DNA of 64,000 nt. Origin: Octopus sinensis. Its lineage: Eukaryota. The notes beneath the pieces are model-generated. The model had not been told where the DNA came from and searched no databases. It was given only the letters and a program-made list of their open reading frames with translations. Made by a program: the position numbers and the translations under genes. Where the stretch lies: positions 102,486,001 to 102,550,000 of the forward strand of contig NC_043001.1 of assembly GCF_006345805.1 (NCBI RefSeq), in the 5' to 3' direction. Every line of letters starts with the position of its first letter. Within the stretch, counting starts at the first letter, position 1. Below are positions 39,181-50,729 of the stretch, piece by piece.

Positions 39181-39850
39181 ATTATAGTGTGATAAGGCCT
39201 TTCAGAAACAAATACACAATTAGAGAGAAATCTCTTAGCTCTTAATGAATTAAATTATTCAAAAACTTACTAAAAAATATAGTGAAATTTACAACTCATC
39301 TCCATTAGTGAAAATATGTAATATGCATCAAGTAATGCAACTGTGAAATCATAAAAACATAGAGGTTCTTTTTAATTTTTTATTTGCAATTAATAAGTTG
39401 CTACTGTACTGTAGCTTTTGGTCACACTATGACAGCCAGTAGAGCACTTATCTTCTCTCTATTTCTGGTAAGGCTGTGATTGTTGTTACACACTTCACCA
39501 ATCAATATTTAGTTCATGAACAGCATTTAATAAACCAGAATACTTTGAGAACATACTGACTTCTTAAAGATTCTGTTTCAAGACAGAAACAGAATCTTCA
39601 ATCTGAGCCAGATCCAAGAAAAAGGAGTCAAAAACAGAAAGAACCTAATTATTATTTGTTCATGTAATTAAAGCTGTTATTAATTTCATCTCTTACAGAT
39701 GATGAAGAAGTTGAAAATGCTGGGTAAGATGGGTCTGATTAGACAGATCCTTCATTGGCAACAAAGAAGGAAACATAAAATGCATTTTTTTTGTCTTGAT
39801 AAGCATGGAGCAAGGGTATGTTCTTACACCTGCACTTTTTGAATTGTTAT

Positions 39851-40106
39851 ACTGAGCGATAGTTGAAACTGAGCGATGGTTGAAACTGAGCGATGGTTGA
39901 AACTGAGTGATGGTTGAAACTGAGCGATGGTTGAAACTGAGCGATGGTTGAAACTGAGCGATGGTTGAAACTGAGTTATGGTTGAAACTGAGTGATTGTT
40001 GAGACTGAGTGATGGTTGAAACTGAGCAATGGTTGAGACTGAGTGATGGCCGATCTGAGCAATGGTTGAGACTGAGTGATGGTTGAAACTGAGTGATGGT
40101 TGAGAC
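39851..40106. repeat. 17-bp minisatellite, about 15 copies
   Basis: Unit ACTGAGYGATGGTTGAR in direct tandem with no unique spacers. Confidence 0.95.
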
Positions 40107-40139
40107 AATATTTGATGACACTATCAGTTATGGCACTCT

Positions 40140-40415
40140 AATAGTTATGATGAGTGTTCCAGTTGAACTGATCAGGAAATTAACCTGCAAGTGGTTGAGT
40201 ACTCCACAGTTGTGTGTATCATTAATGTAGTTCTCTGCAGGATTCAGTGTGACACAGAATGTGACAAGGCTGGCTCTTCGAAATACAGGTACAACTTGTT
40301 TCTGCCAAATGAGTGAACTGGAGCAGCGGGAAAATAAAGTGTCTTGCTCAAAGGCACAACGTACTGCCAGGAGTTGCACTCACAACTTTACAACCATGAG
40401 CGAAATACCCTCTAA
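40140..40415 (-). mobile_element. tRNA-derived SINE, family D
   Basis: Reverse complement of GTGCCTTTGAGCAAGACACTTTATTT...CCAGTTCACTCATTTGGCAGAAAC. Confidence 0.65.
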
Positions 40416-40592
40416 CCCACATCCTGTCACTTTATGACACATGGAGCAGTGTAGATGAGTGATTTTGAGTCAACAGAGGTATCTTCGACCTGCACAGATT
40501 CAATCAAAGTCTAAGAATAGGAATGCAATGGTTGATAAGTTACAATTTTCTGATGAGTATTCTTGTGTCAAACACACTTACAGGTGCTCAAT

Positions 40593-40749
40593 ATTAGTGA
40601 AAAGAAGTCAAAATTGCTAAGATTCTCATTTTTGCTATTGTGAGTCACCTGTGTTTGAAATCTTATCATCTTCAAAGTTTAGCAACTTTTTATTAGCTCT
40701 GCATTTCTGGTTTCGGTGGGTGGGTGGGGATGGTATCTGTTTCTTTAAT
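40593..40749. repeat. Left arm of a long inverted repeat
   Basis: Reverse complement is identical to 42623-42788 except a 9-nt indel. Confidence 0.97.
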
Positions 40750-42622
40750 ATTTTACTGTGATCAAGTCTCATCATCCAAATGTTCATTCTACCATCAGTT
40801 TTCCTGAATAATATGTTCCTCTTTGGTCTGCTGAGAAAACAAGTATCAACCGTCACGTCAAGCAATCATTACATCTAACTAAAACCAGAACAACTTTTCA
40901 TAGGCTATCGTATAACCATGATGTGTTACTAACAACATCCAAGTTTATATCGCATGGAAAGCACATGCAGATGAGAGTCACACATTGAGAGTCACTCTCA
41001 TGGAGTGACAATCTGCGACAATGTTTATTTTCCATTAGAGTCACATATTTTCAGGAAAACAGACTCCAGTGTGTAGTGGAGAAGTAGAGTAATACTGCAT
41101 TGAGACAAGTCTCAACATCAATGGAAAAAAAAAAAAAAATCTACGACTTGGTTAGATTGTCTATTAAAGTTACATGTGGAGAAAATGTAACTTTGTGATG
41201 CAGGTATCTTCTGCAAAACCAAGGAATGAAATTTGGTAGAAGACAATTGTGTAGAAGTTTAATGGAGGGTTAATTCTTGTCCTTGGATAGTAGACTTTGT
41301 TTATCACCTAATTTAACACCATCACCAGGTATAAGAGTGCTTTCAGTAGAGTCAGCTCTATTACAAGCATTCAAATGAGGCCTGTATTAGAGGATAACTT
41401 TCTTCTTTCCTCTCACCAGTTTCAGAGGCCTTAAAAAGTGACCATAGGTGCTGCCCTTCTTCACCTACACGAGCCATTAAAAAACAAAGAAATCTTCCAC
41501 TAATGCCATTTTCACTTAAGCCAACTAAACCACTACTACTAGAAAGAACATGTTTCCTGCTTGCTTCAAATTGCAGAACTATCACATACATACAAATACC
41601 AAAGAATATGATGTGGTGTGGTGTGGTGTGGTGTGATGTGCTGTGTTGTGTTGTAATGTTTACAAATAACATCAGATGTAGTATGACTTCCTGCTAAAAA
41701 GAAATATATTAAAGTAAGCCACTACAAAACCATTCTCACTGTGTATACACCTGTTGTAAGGTTTCTACAATCAGACAGAAATAATCATTACATACACTAA
41801 AACATCTTCAAAGTGCAAAAAGTAACCTCTAGGTGACAAGGCTATACACAGTTGGCAGGGACAAATTACCAAAATTCAAAGAATTTTCTAAATCCTAAAT
41901 CCTACCAGGAAGGCAGTGCTTGAATATGGCCTTGGTCATGATGGCTGAAACAAATTAAAGAAAACATCCTTTCTTTGGAAGTTACTCTTTTTTTACTGAT
42001 TAGTTCAGTGAACATTTCACCCCCACCCCCATTTGAGGCCTTACCTTACTCTGATAATTACATTTATCGCTATTACCCTGTGCTGAACTTCTATAATTAT
42101 GTTGTCCAACAGCAAATTCTCTAAACTCTATTCTCGCCCACCCCTCTTCCTTTACACCACTGCTTCTTCCTTCAAAAGTTGAAAGGCAACTTTTTTTTTA
42201 TTCTTTCTTTTTTTTTCTCTTTTTTTTTATTTTTTAACTGAGTCTTATTAATCATGATTGTCACTATGATATGCAATGCATTTTTATGTCAGCTCACAAA
42301 CTCTTCACACAAGGTTAACAGCATCATTAGACACTTTGATTTCTGTATTAAATTATCAATATTTGACATGATACACTTTCATGAAATAATCCTAACTGAA
42401 GGAAATTAGCATTTAATTTTCGTATTCAGTCACTGTTTTCCCTTTGCCTGGTTTTGTGCCGTTTCTTCCTGTCATTGTCATCATGATTTCCTCCCCAAAT
42501 GACATTTTAAAGAAAATCAGAAAATTTCTAAACAAATTTTAAATGTTGCAGTGGAACTTTTAACAAGTAAGAAGACAATCCTCAATATTTTCAAAGTTCT
42601 CTGAGGAATTGAACACTGCAAA

Positions 42623-42788
42623 ATTAAAGAAACAGATACCATCCCCACCCACCCACCGAAACCAGAAAAACAACAAATGCAGAGCTAATAAAAAGTTGCT
42701 AAACTTTGAAGATGATAAGATTTCAAACACAGGTGACTCACAATAGCAAAAATGAGAATCTTAGCAATTTTGACTTCTTTTCACTAAT
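42623..42788. repeat. Right arm of a long inverted repeat
   Basis: Identical to the reverse complement of 40593-40749 plus a 9-nt insertion after CCAGAAA. Confidence 0.97.
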
Positions 42789-43439
42789 TTTAAAAGAAAT
42801 TCTTCAATAATTTAATTCCCCCTTTTGTTTTTATTGATTTCTTCTTCTACTGTGAAAAATTTAATTAACATTTTTTTTGTTGTTGTTGTTGGAACCATGA
42901 AGTAAATCTCTTAGCAACAAGGCAATGTTAAATAAATGAAAAAAAAATTAAATAAATGAAAGAATTTTGACAAAGAAATATAAATTTCTGTAAAATAAAA
43001 TAAAATAGAAATTAAAGTAAAAAATTCTTTCGTATAAGAATGCAATAAGTGTTTCTAAATGAGTACATAAATTTAAATCCTGATTAGATTATAGATATCA
43101 ACACAAGGCTCCAAATATCTAAGGAAATAGTCTAGTTAATTCACTGAGAGAAGTGCATGACTGGTATAAGTTTATTGAAGCCAAAGCAGCAAAGGATGAT
43201 GTCAATCCTAGTGGTATTTGAACTCAGAATGTTGAAGAATAGGAAGAAATATTCTTAGTCATTAAGACCTGCCCTCCCTGTTTTGGCCATTCCTCTGCCT
43301 TTCATCAACTACTCCATTGGGAGGTGGATTAATCTAATCCTATATGGACTTCGAGTAATCCGAGAATTTGATTGTTGACCAGAATCTGTTCATTTTCAGT
43401 CCGCATTACCTTTATAGGTTTCAAATTTTTGCACAAGGC

Positions 43440-43630
43440 CAGCAAGCTTGAGCAAGAGGAGTAAGTCAACTACATTGACCCCTGTGCTCAGCTGGTACTT
43501 ATTTTATCGACCTCGAAAGAGATGCAAGGCAAAATTGATCTGGGCAGGATTTGAACTCAGAATGTAAAGACAGATGAAATGCTGCAAAGCATCTTGCCCA
43601 GTGTGTTAATGATTCTGCCAGCTCAATGCC
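43440..43630 (-). mobile_element. tRNA-derived SINE, family A (decayed)
   Basis: CTGGTACTTATTTTATCGACC...GGCAAAATTGATC...ATTTGAACTCAGAA...ATTCTGCCAGCTC. Confidence 0.7.
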
Positions 43631-43659
43631 TCCATCATTACCTATTTTAAAATAAGGAT

Positions 43660-44050
43660 GTCTTTGGCAAATTTACGAGCAGCTTTGCTACAATGGTAGT
43701 GAAACATGAGCTGGGAATAGAGAGGACATGAACAAGCTTGAAAGAAATGAAGCTAGAATGCTCTGCTGGTTGTGCGATGTCAATGTGCTCATACAACAAA
43801 ATGCAAATGTGTTGAGAGCAAAACTGGGATTGAGGCATCAGATGAACTGCGATGATCAAGTGATGCACATGAAAACAGCTGCATAAAGAAGTGCCAACCC
43901 CTAAATGTGGAGGGAACCTCTGGAAGAGCAAGACTGAGGAAGACATAGGATGAAGTGGCAAAAAACGATTTTCAGATGCTGAACCTCACAGAGAAGAATG
44001 GCAAGGCACTGAGATGTCTGGCAATCTGCTGTTCTTGAAAAGACTTATGC
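43660..44050 (+). mobile_element. RTE-type LINE C-terminal coding remnant
   Basis: NGSET*...KLERNEARMLCWLC...VLRAKLGL...CIKKC..LNVEGTSGRAR.RKT*DEV...WQSAVLEK. Confidence 0.7.
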
Positions 44051-44984
44051 AGATAAGTAAAATAAAGGTCATGAAGCAGTTCTTTTATGATTGTTCCCTT
44101 CTGATCCCCTCTGCACACAATCTGTTCCAGACAAACCCTACCCCCATCCTCCCAGCCTTGTTCATCATTCACTCTACCCTCCTCTCTATCTCCCGCTCCC
44201 CCTCACAAATCTACTAACACACAATATGTCCCTGTTGAATCTCTTCCCTCACAACACAGGCTCCACCCCCCCCCCCCCACTATCTGTGTCCACTTACTTC
44301 ATTCCTCTTCTCCATCTCCCACTCACTTTTTTCCACACTCTCAGGAACTTACCCACCCACTTCGCTTATGGACACCTCACTGTAACTTTACCATCACATT
44401 TCACCATCTTCTCTCCCTCCCTCTCTCCCTCTCTAAGTAAAGTATCCATGTATCTCCTCTCTTGTTGTTTTTTTTTTTTTTAATTCGATTCAAACTTATA
44501 CACTGAAGACAATTCATTAACAATATTAAAAATCCTTTTCAAAAGGGAAGAGGGAGAGAACTTTAGAATTTAAATTGATTAAACATTAGACAGGGATATG
44601 CCAAAGGCATTGCATTTGATTTTTGGTTGCTATGGTTACAGCTCCTGATGGGTTTTTGTCTTAGACCTTCTCAATGAATGTGATCTAAAACAGAATATTA
44701 AGTGAATGATGATGAGACAATGGATAAAGCAAAACTTTTGAGAGAAACATTTAAAGAAGATTTAAAAGAAAGGTCATAATTCTAGTATTTTAAAAAAAAT
44801 ATATAAAGACAGATTTGTAAGTATGTGTATAATGAAAAGTTAACTGATCTCTCTCATGCACATGGAGCATGTATCAAGTATATGTGTAAACAACTTCAGC
44901 AGGCCATGAATGGAGGATGCACCAAATTAACTCATTATTCTTTCAAACATAACAGCATTAATGTGGCAGACTGCAATCTGACAA

Positions 44985-45640
44985 AGGGAATAAAAATACA
45001 CACCTGGTTCATGGTACAAACTGCAGATGAGAGCAAGCAACTTGGATAGTGCCAGCTTCTTGCATTTGACCAGGTTGTTTGTGTTGAAGATAAAGAAAGA
45101 ACCAGAAGCCGTCAGTAGGGAAATGTCATCCAACACCAACAGAAAGATTCTCAATGCAACACTAGCAGGAAGTTCAATGAATATGTCCAGGATGCCCGCA
45201 ATGACAAGTCTACAAAGCAATGAGGATCATTGCCAAGCAGTTCAAGATGGCAGAGTCTACTATCATGACAACATCAGGTACAAGTCCTACATCAAAAGGT
45301 ATAGGCAGTTCAAGGACATGAAACACTCAGGAACATGTACAATTCCCTATGCTCTCTCCCAAGTAGCACTCAGACGGATGGATGGTTGAAAATTTTCAAC
45401 CATGTGATGCACCTTCACATGTAGCTTCCCAGGCCCAGATTTAGAATGTCTGAAGAGAAATACTTTTGATGACACTTTCAAGATGGAAACCATCTCACAA
45501 GATCAAAGTCTCATTGAAGGTTGCCATTGTGGATGTAATGATCAACATGGACAAGAACCAACTGACCCTGGACTTCAGTTGCATCTGTGGCTGTGCTAAG
45601 ACCACCACTTAGATTGAGGATTGTTTCATTCAATGATGCT
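44985..45640 (+). mobile_element. Decayed Tc1/mariner transposase remnant
   Basis: Across frameshifts: FLHLTRLFVLKIKKE...IIAKQFKMAESTI...IRYKSY, resembling SMR.IAK.L.VSE.TI....EDIRYKSY of Tc1/mariner transposases. No clear TIRs. Confidence 0.55.
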
Positions 45641-45913
45641 TTCTTTGACATATCAAGTGGAAATGTGCTGCACTTTCCTGGAAATATATTACTTTATATT
45701 TTCTACTTAATATCTTTGGTTTTTCCATACATTTGATTTTGTTTTTAATTACTTGGCACATTGTGTGTGTGTGTGTGTGTCACGCATGCGCATGCACTAA
45801 TAAGAGCATCTAGGCAAAATTAAAATATATGAAAGAGTCAGTCCTCCAACTCATTTTAGAAGGGAGTAACACTAAACAGGAACTGAATTAGACTATCCAG
45901 CCCATATATATAT

Positions 45914-46300
45914 CATCATCATCGTTTAACATCCGTTTTCCATGCTAGCATAGGTTGGACGGTTCGACTAGGGTCTGGGAAGCCAGGAGACTGCACCAGG
46001 CTCCAGTCTTATCTGGCAGGGTTTCTACAGCTGGATGCCCTTCCTAACGCCAACCACTCAGTGAGTGTAGTGGGTGCTCTTTACGTGCCAGGAGAGGCTA
46101 GCAAATGGCCACAATCGGCTGGTGCTTTTTACGTGCCACTGGCACAGGTATCACAACTACAATTTCCATTTGATTTTCTGATGTTGATGCACTTAACTCA
46201 ATAGGTTTCCTCAAGCATAGCAGGTCGCCCTACGATCCAAGGTAAGCACAGCAGGCCATCCTGCGATCCAAGGCACTTTGGAAGGGCTGGGGCTTCTATG
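45914..46300 (-). mobile_element. RTE-type LINE 3' UTR/terminus
   Basis: (CAT)n tail on the plus strand and the same terminal sequence and subrepeats as 61720-62030. Confidence 0.75.
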
Positions 46301-47749
46301 TGAAGCTGGTGCAGGAAACAGATATATATATATATGACATATGTATATACATACATATATATATATATAATTATATATATTTCCCTTCTCACTATCAGTG
46401 ATGTGTGTGTGTGTAAGAGTTGTTTAGACTGCTTCATCAGCAGAATGTAAATGAAAAGAGAAGCGTGATAGAGAAAAGGTTTACATTTACAAGTGAAATT
46501 ACCATGCAAAACCTTTAGCCTGATACTGTATCTCCTCCTTTTCTCTATTTCTCTTTTATTATTGTCTGTATGTCAACATACACACACAACAAAAGACACA
46601 TGCATACACACACAGAAATATGTGCAACATGCACAAATATTCGTTTTTATACAAATAAAAAAAATCAATTTGTAGATAATACAAGTTTTAAAATATGCAA
46701 TTTATTTTGAAGGCAAGACATTTTCCATGATGAACTGAGAGTGCATCTCTGACTATCTTTTATAATGCTTCTCTCTTTCTTGCAGATGGAGAGATCTTTA
46801 CAAGCAGGTTATTTTAAACTCTTACTATACATTGTACTTCTATGTATAAATAGACACAAGATGGACTTGGCCATTAATCATTTCTTGTATATTTCACTAC
46901 ACATGACAACATTGAGTAAATACCTTTGTCCGATACACAGGAAAATCATAGCCAAGGGCTGGATATCATTTCAATAGAACAATAAATGTATCGGAGAAAT
47001 ATGGGTTTGGCAATTGATTTCAAGTAACATATCTCTCAGCAAACTACTGCTTCGAGTGGTTTAAATGCAATGAAAGAATGGAAAAGTCATAAAATGCAGC
47101 CTCAAAGATAATGGACAACAGAGCAAACTTTAAGAAATCTGTAAATTTCATGGCGAAAAGAATTTCAGAAATAATATTGCTGTTGACAAATTAAATTCAA
47201 TCTTTTTTGTCACATTTAAAAAACAACAGAATGAAATAGTTGAGAGTATTGTGACAGCTAAAAAATAAACTGTGAAGCTTGAATAGACATTTGATGGCCT
47301 CTGTGATGGCCTGTTATGAAAGGAATTATGAAAAGTTATTTACAAGGACTAAAAGTTGATATGTAGAAACCAAAAACAAAATGTCTAAAAGCAGTCACTG
47401 TAAAATTCCCAGCATGCTATGGAGAAAACATACGAGAAGAGTGAAAGTGAAAGAAACATTTAGTCCTTTGAAAAAAAAAAATATTTTGCTCTATCAAAGA
47501 TAATTTGAGATAAGAATGAATGATGACAACTGAATATTTATATATTCAAAGAAAAATGATGAAAAGTATATATCAGGTAAAGCATGAAACAACATCTGCA
47601 AAAGGAGAAAATTCAGGAGTAATGAAGGTTGAAACAAGAAATAAAGAATATAGGACAATCATGAGAAAAGCTATTTGATAGAACCAGTAACACAAAGCTA
47701 ACAGGAAATTATTATTATTATCACTATTAGCAACAGCAGCAGTAGTAGT

Positions 47750-48110
47750 AGTATGATTCATCATGTTTGTTTGATTCGAGGATTAGAAAGAGGATGAAAA
47801 AATAAAAATACAATCTCTTAAAATTTGAAATTGCAAAAATTTTGAGTTTGGAAACTGTAAAGGTTGTGCCTATAAAAATTGGTGCATTTGGGAACTGTAA
47901 GTAAAGATATTACACAAATGGTTGAAAGAGATTGGAATACACTCTACAAAAAGTTTGCCTCTTAGGTACAGGAAAGATTATCAAGAGGGTAAGACTACTG
48001 AAAGCTTGTGGATACCAAAACTTACAGGTAGTAACCTACTACCCACATAAATTCTACCAGGGATAAAAACAAAACTGAATCAAATCAATAATAATAATAA
48101 TAATAATAAT
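47750..48110 (+). mobile_element. Decayed R4/Dong-type retrotransposon 3' end with (AAT)n tail
   Basis: CLFDSRI...LKFEIAK...VKVVPI.IGAF.GTVSK...LQKVCLLGTGKIIKRV across frameshifts; (AAT)n at 48087-48110. Confidence 0.65.
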
Positions 48111-48111
48111 G

Positions 48112-48665
48112 AATGCCCCGATGCAGTACCAGGAAGTGGCTCTCATGGCTTCTGATCTTAACTGATTGGAAGCGTTATCATGTACATTGTTTTGTCTTGG
48201 TATAAAAGATGGGCTATGGTAAATATTCTGCTCAATACCACAGATTTGTTTGTCAGTTGTTTGACCTTAACTAGTTGAGCATGTCTCTTAGTGGCTGACG
48301 ATATGTGCATCTGTGATTACGAGCAGAAGTAGTGGGGGAGCATCATAGTCATGCGTTGAGAGGAATTCTTTGAGGTTTGAATAATTCACCTTTAGAAACA
48401 TGGGTGTTTTGTTCATCATCCTTAAACCTTATTCAGGGATCTTTTGAGGATGATGGACTACTCAACCTGAAGAAAATTGTAACTGGGCCCTACCTGCAAG
48501 GTCATGTACTATTTATCCTGATATAAGATCACCATGTTGCATACATGTGGTTGTGATGCATGTGCCTAGTGTACCTTTATCAGATGGGTAGTCATAATGG
48601 GTAAATTGGGTTTCATATAATTGTACCCCAGTGCCACTTTGATGGCATGCACTGCTCTCTCACTC
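48112..48665. mobile_element. About 550-bp non-coding interspersed element bounded by (AAT)n on both sides (unclassified)
   Basis: Non-microsatellite block between (AAT)n 48087-48110 and 48666-48773 with no coding frame; repeat status inferred from context. Confidence 0.45.
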
Positions 48666-48669
48666 AATG

Positions 48670-48748
<79 letters not shown>

Positions 48749-48773
48749 TAATAATAATAATAAGGATAATAAT
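48666..48773. repeat. (AAT)n microsatellite
   Basis: Directly visible; source of the poly-Ile ORF. Confidence 0.97.
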
Positions 48774-48972
48774 AAACATTCAGACTGACAGAGTAACAGA
48801 AGCTAGAAGGTCTGATTTGGTGGTAGTAGATAAAGAGAAGAGAAAGTGCTAGATGATTGACTTTACACTCTCAGATGATGAAAAGTTAATAAGAGAAGTA
48901 TAGAAAGGATAGTAAAGTATCAGGACTTAGCTATTGAATTGCAGAGACTATGGAAAGTGCAGACTATGAAAG
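48774..48972 (+). mobile_element. R4/Dong-type endonuclease fragment
   Basis: NIQTDRVTEARRSDLVVVDKEKRKC*MIDF...KYQDLAIELQRLWK, matching the IQTD...RPD...ID...KY.DL..E...LW motif. Confidence 0.75.
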
Positions 48973-48974
48973 CA

Positions 48975-49775
48975 GAATTGGAAGATTATAATGGGCAGAG
49001 AGAGACCTTGTGAGACCTCTCACAACAGGCTGCTGTCTGCTCTCACAGAATCAACCAGAGCAAACAAGACCAAGCACTCTGAGAAGGAAGACAATAACGA
49101 TGATGCTGACAAAGCACCATACTGACATATTGGAGGGTCAACCTTAGGAATGAGCAAGTGTTTCCACTGCAGTATCTGTAAGAGTTGACAAAAACCATTG
49201 CCCATATCATGAACAAATGCCCTAGACACAATAAGTAAGCAAAAGTGCTACATTGGAAACTACGTGAAACGTGGGGTTGAGGACAAGGCGAGACATAGTA
49301 TGAGCACAAACTGCAGAGAGAAGCAGAGTTGGAGACCTGCAAAATCCTGTGGGACTTCCCAACCCAAACAGACCAGGCGCTTGAGCATACAAGCCTGAGC
49401 TAGAGATGATGAACAAGGTGAATCATATGTGCTCCATAACTGATGTTGCTTGCCTCTTTGATCAAGAAGGAAGACAAAAAGAACAGTAAAATCCTCTCAA
49501 GTACAAGATAGCCCAGCTATGGAAAATGAAGAAGGGGAAGATAGTACCAGTTATTGTTGGGTCCTTGGGGACAGTATCAGAAGGCATCAAGAGGAATATA
49601 AAGGAAATCAGTAGGGCTCTTTCAAAAGGTTTGCCTCTTTGGCATGGTCAGAATCCTAAGGAAAGTTATCAGTTGAAAAGAATAGAAAGCGTGGTACCGT
49701 AGGCTGCAGGCTGTTACGCATGCAAAACTCCAAGAGTTCTAACAAAACTTTAATTAAAAGAATGACGGTGATGAT
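48975..49775 (+). mobile_element. Decayed R4/Dong-type retrotransposon (zinc-knuckle region, endonuclease, 3' UTR)
   Basis: Across frameshifts: TIAHI.NKCP, AKVLHWKL, CKILWDFPTQTD, TDVACLFD, QLWKMKKGKIVPVIVGSLGTVS, QKVCLFGMVRILRKV. Confidence 0.7.
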
Positions 49776-49789
49776 TTTAGCACGAGGCC

Positions 49790-49965
49790 AGGAATTTGTG
49801 GGGAGGGAATAAGTCAGTTACAATGACCCCAGTCCACAACTGGTACTTATTTTATCAACCCTGAAAGGATGAAAGGTAAAGTAAACCTTAGTGGAATTTG
49901 AATTCAAAACATAAAGTTGGGAGAAATGTTAGGAACAATTTTGTTCAGCATGCAAACAATTTTGC
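49790..49965 (-). mobile_element. tRNA-derived SINE, family A (decayed)
   Basis: CTGGTACTTATTTTATCAACCCTGAAAGGATGAAAGGTAAAGT...TTTGCCAGCTC. Confidence 0.7.
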
Positions 49966-50729
49966 CAGCTCATTGCAATAATAATAATAATAATAATAAT
50001 AGTAGTAATAACAACAACAACAACAACTGGAGATTTTTTAAGACAAATCCCCATGCTGCACTTGGCAGATGAGCTAATGACAAATAAATAACATAAATGT
50101 GTTTTCAATTTCAATTTTCAAAATGCCAATATTTTGACCCAGCAATTAATTATTAATTAATTTTAATGAAACACAGAGTACATGGTTCATGACTCATGAA
50201 AAACCTGGCTGCATGTATCTAATACATACTTGCATAAAAATACTTTGCTCTGTTTGCCAAATAATAAAACTGGCATCAAATGAATAGCTACAGTTTTTTG
50301 CCAACAAATTAGCAAAGCCAAGAGAGAATTTTCAGCTTCAACAATCTCAGAACACCATAAGTTAAGCAAGCTTTTTACAGTGAAGGGGCCTGTTATATCC
50401 TTTATCTCATTTGCCTGCAGGCATTATCATCATAGACATATTGCAGTATCTTCTGTTGGAACAACATAAAACAAAAGAAAAGTGTGTGTGTGTGGGGGGG
50501 GGGCTGATACAAATGCAATTCAGAGTTGTCATAGTAATGTGATCAGCTTCACTTGTGGCACTGTGCAATATTATTTATGCCAAATAGATGGAAACAATAC
50601 CATATAGGACACAACCAAATTTACTGACCTCACTTTCTTTGTTTAATTTTCATTGGGGAAGATTGAGTGGTGGGGAGATCAAACTGTTAAATTTATAAAA
50701 ATATTATGCATTCAAATAATATATATATA

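Noticed and set aside
39851-40106. CRISPR-like array
   Set aside because: 17-bp units are directly adjacent with no unique spacers, no cas genes, and the context is eukaryotic; it is a minisatellite.
39693-40121. 142-aa repetitive ORF (QFQPSLSFNHRSVSTIA repeats)
   Set aside because: Three-unit (51-nt) periodicity produced by the 17-bp minisatellite; no splice or start context.
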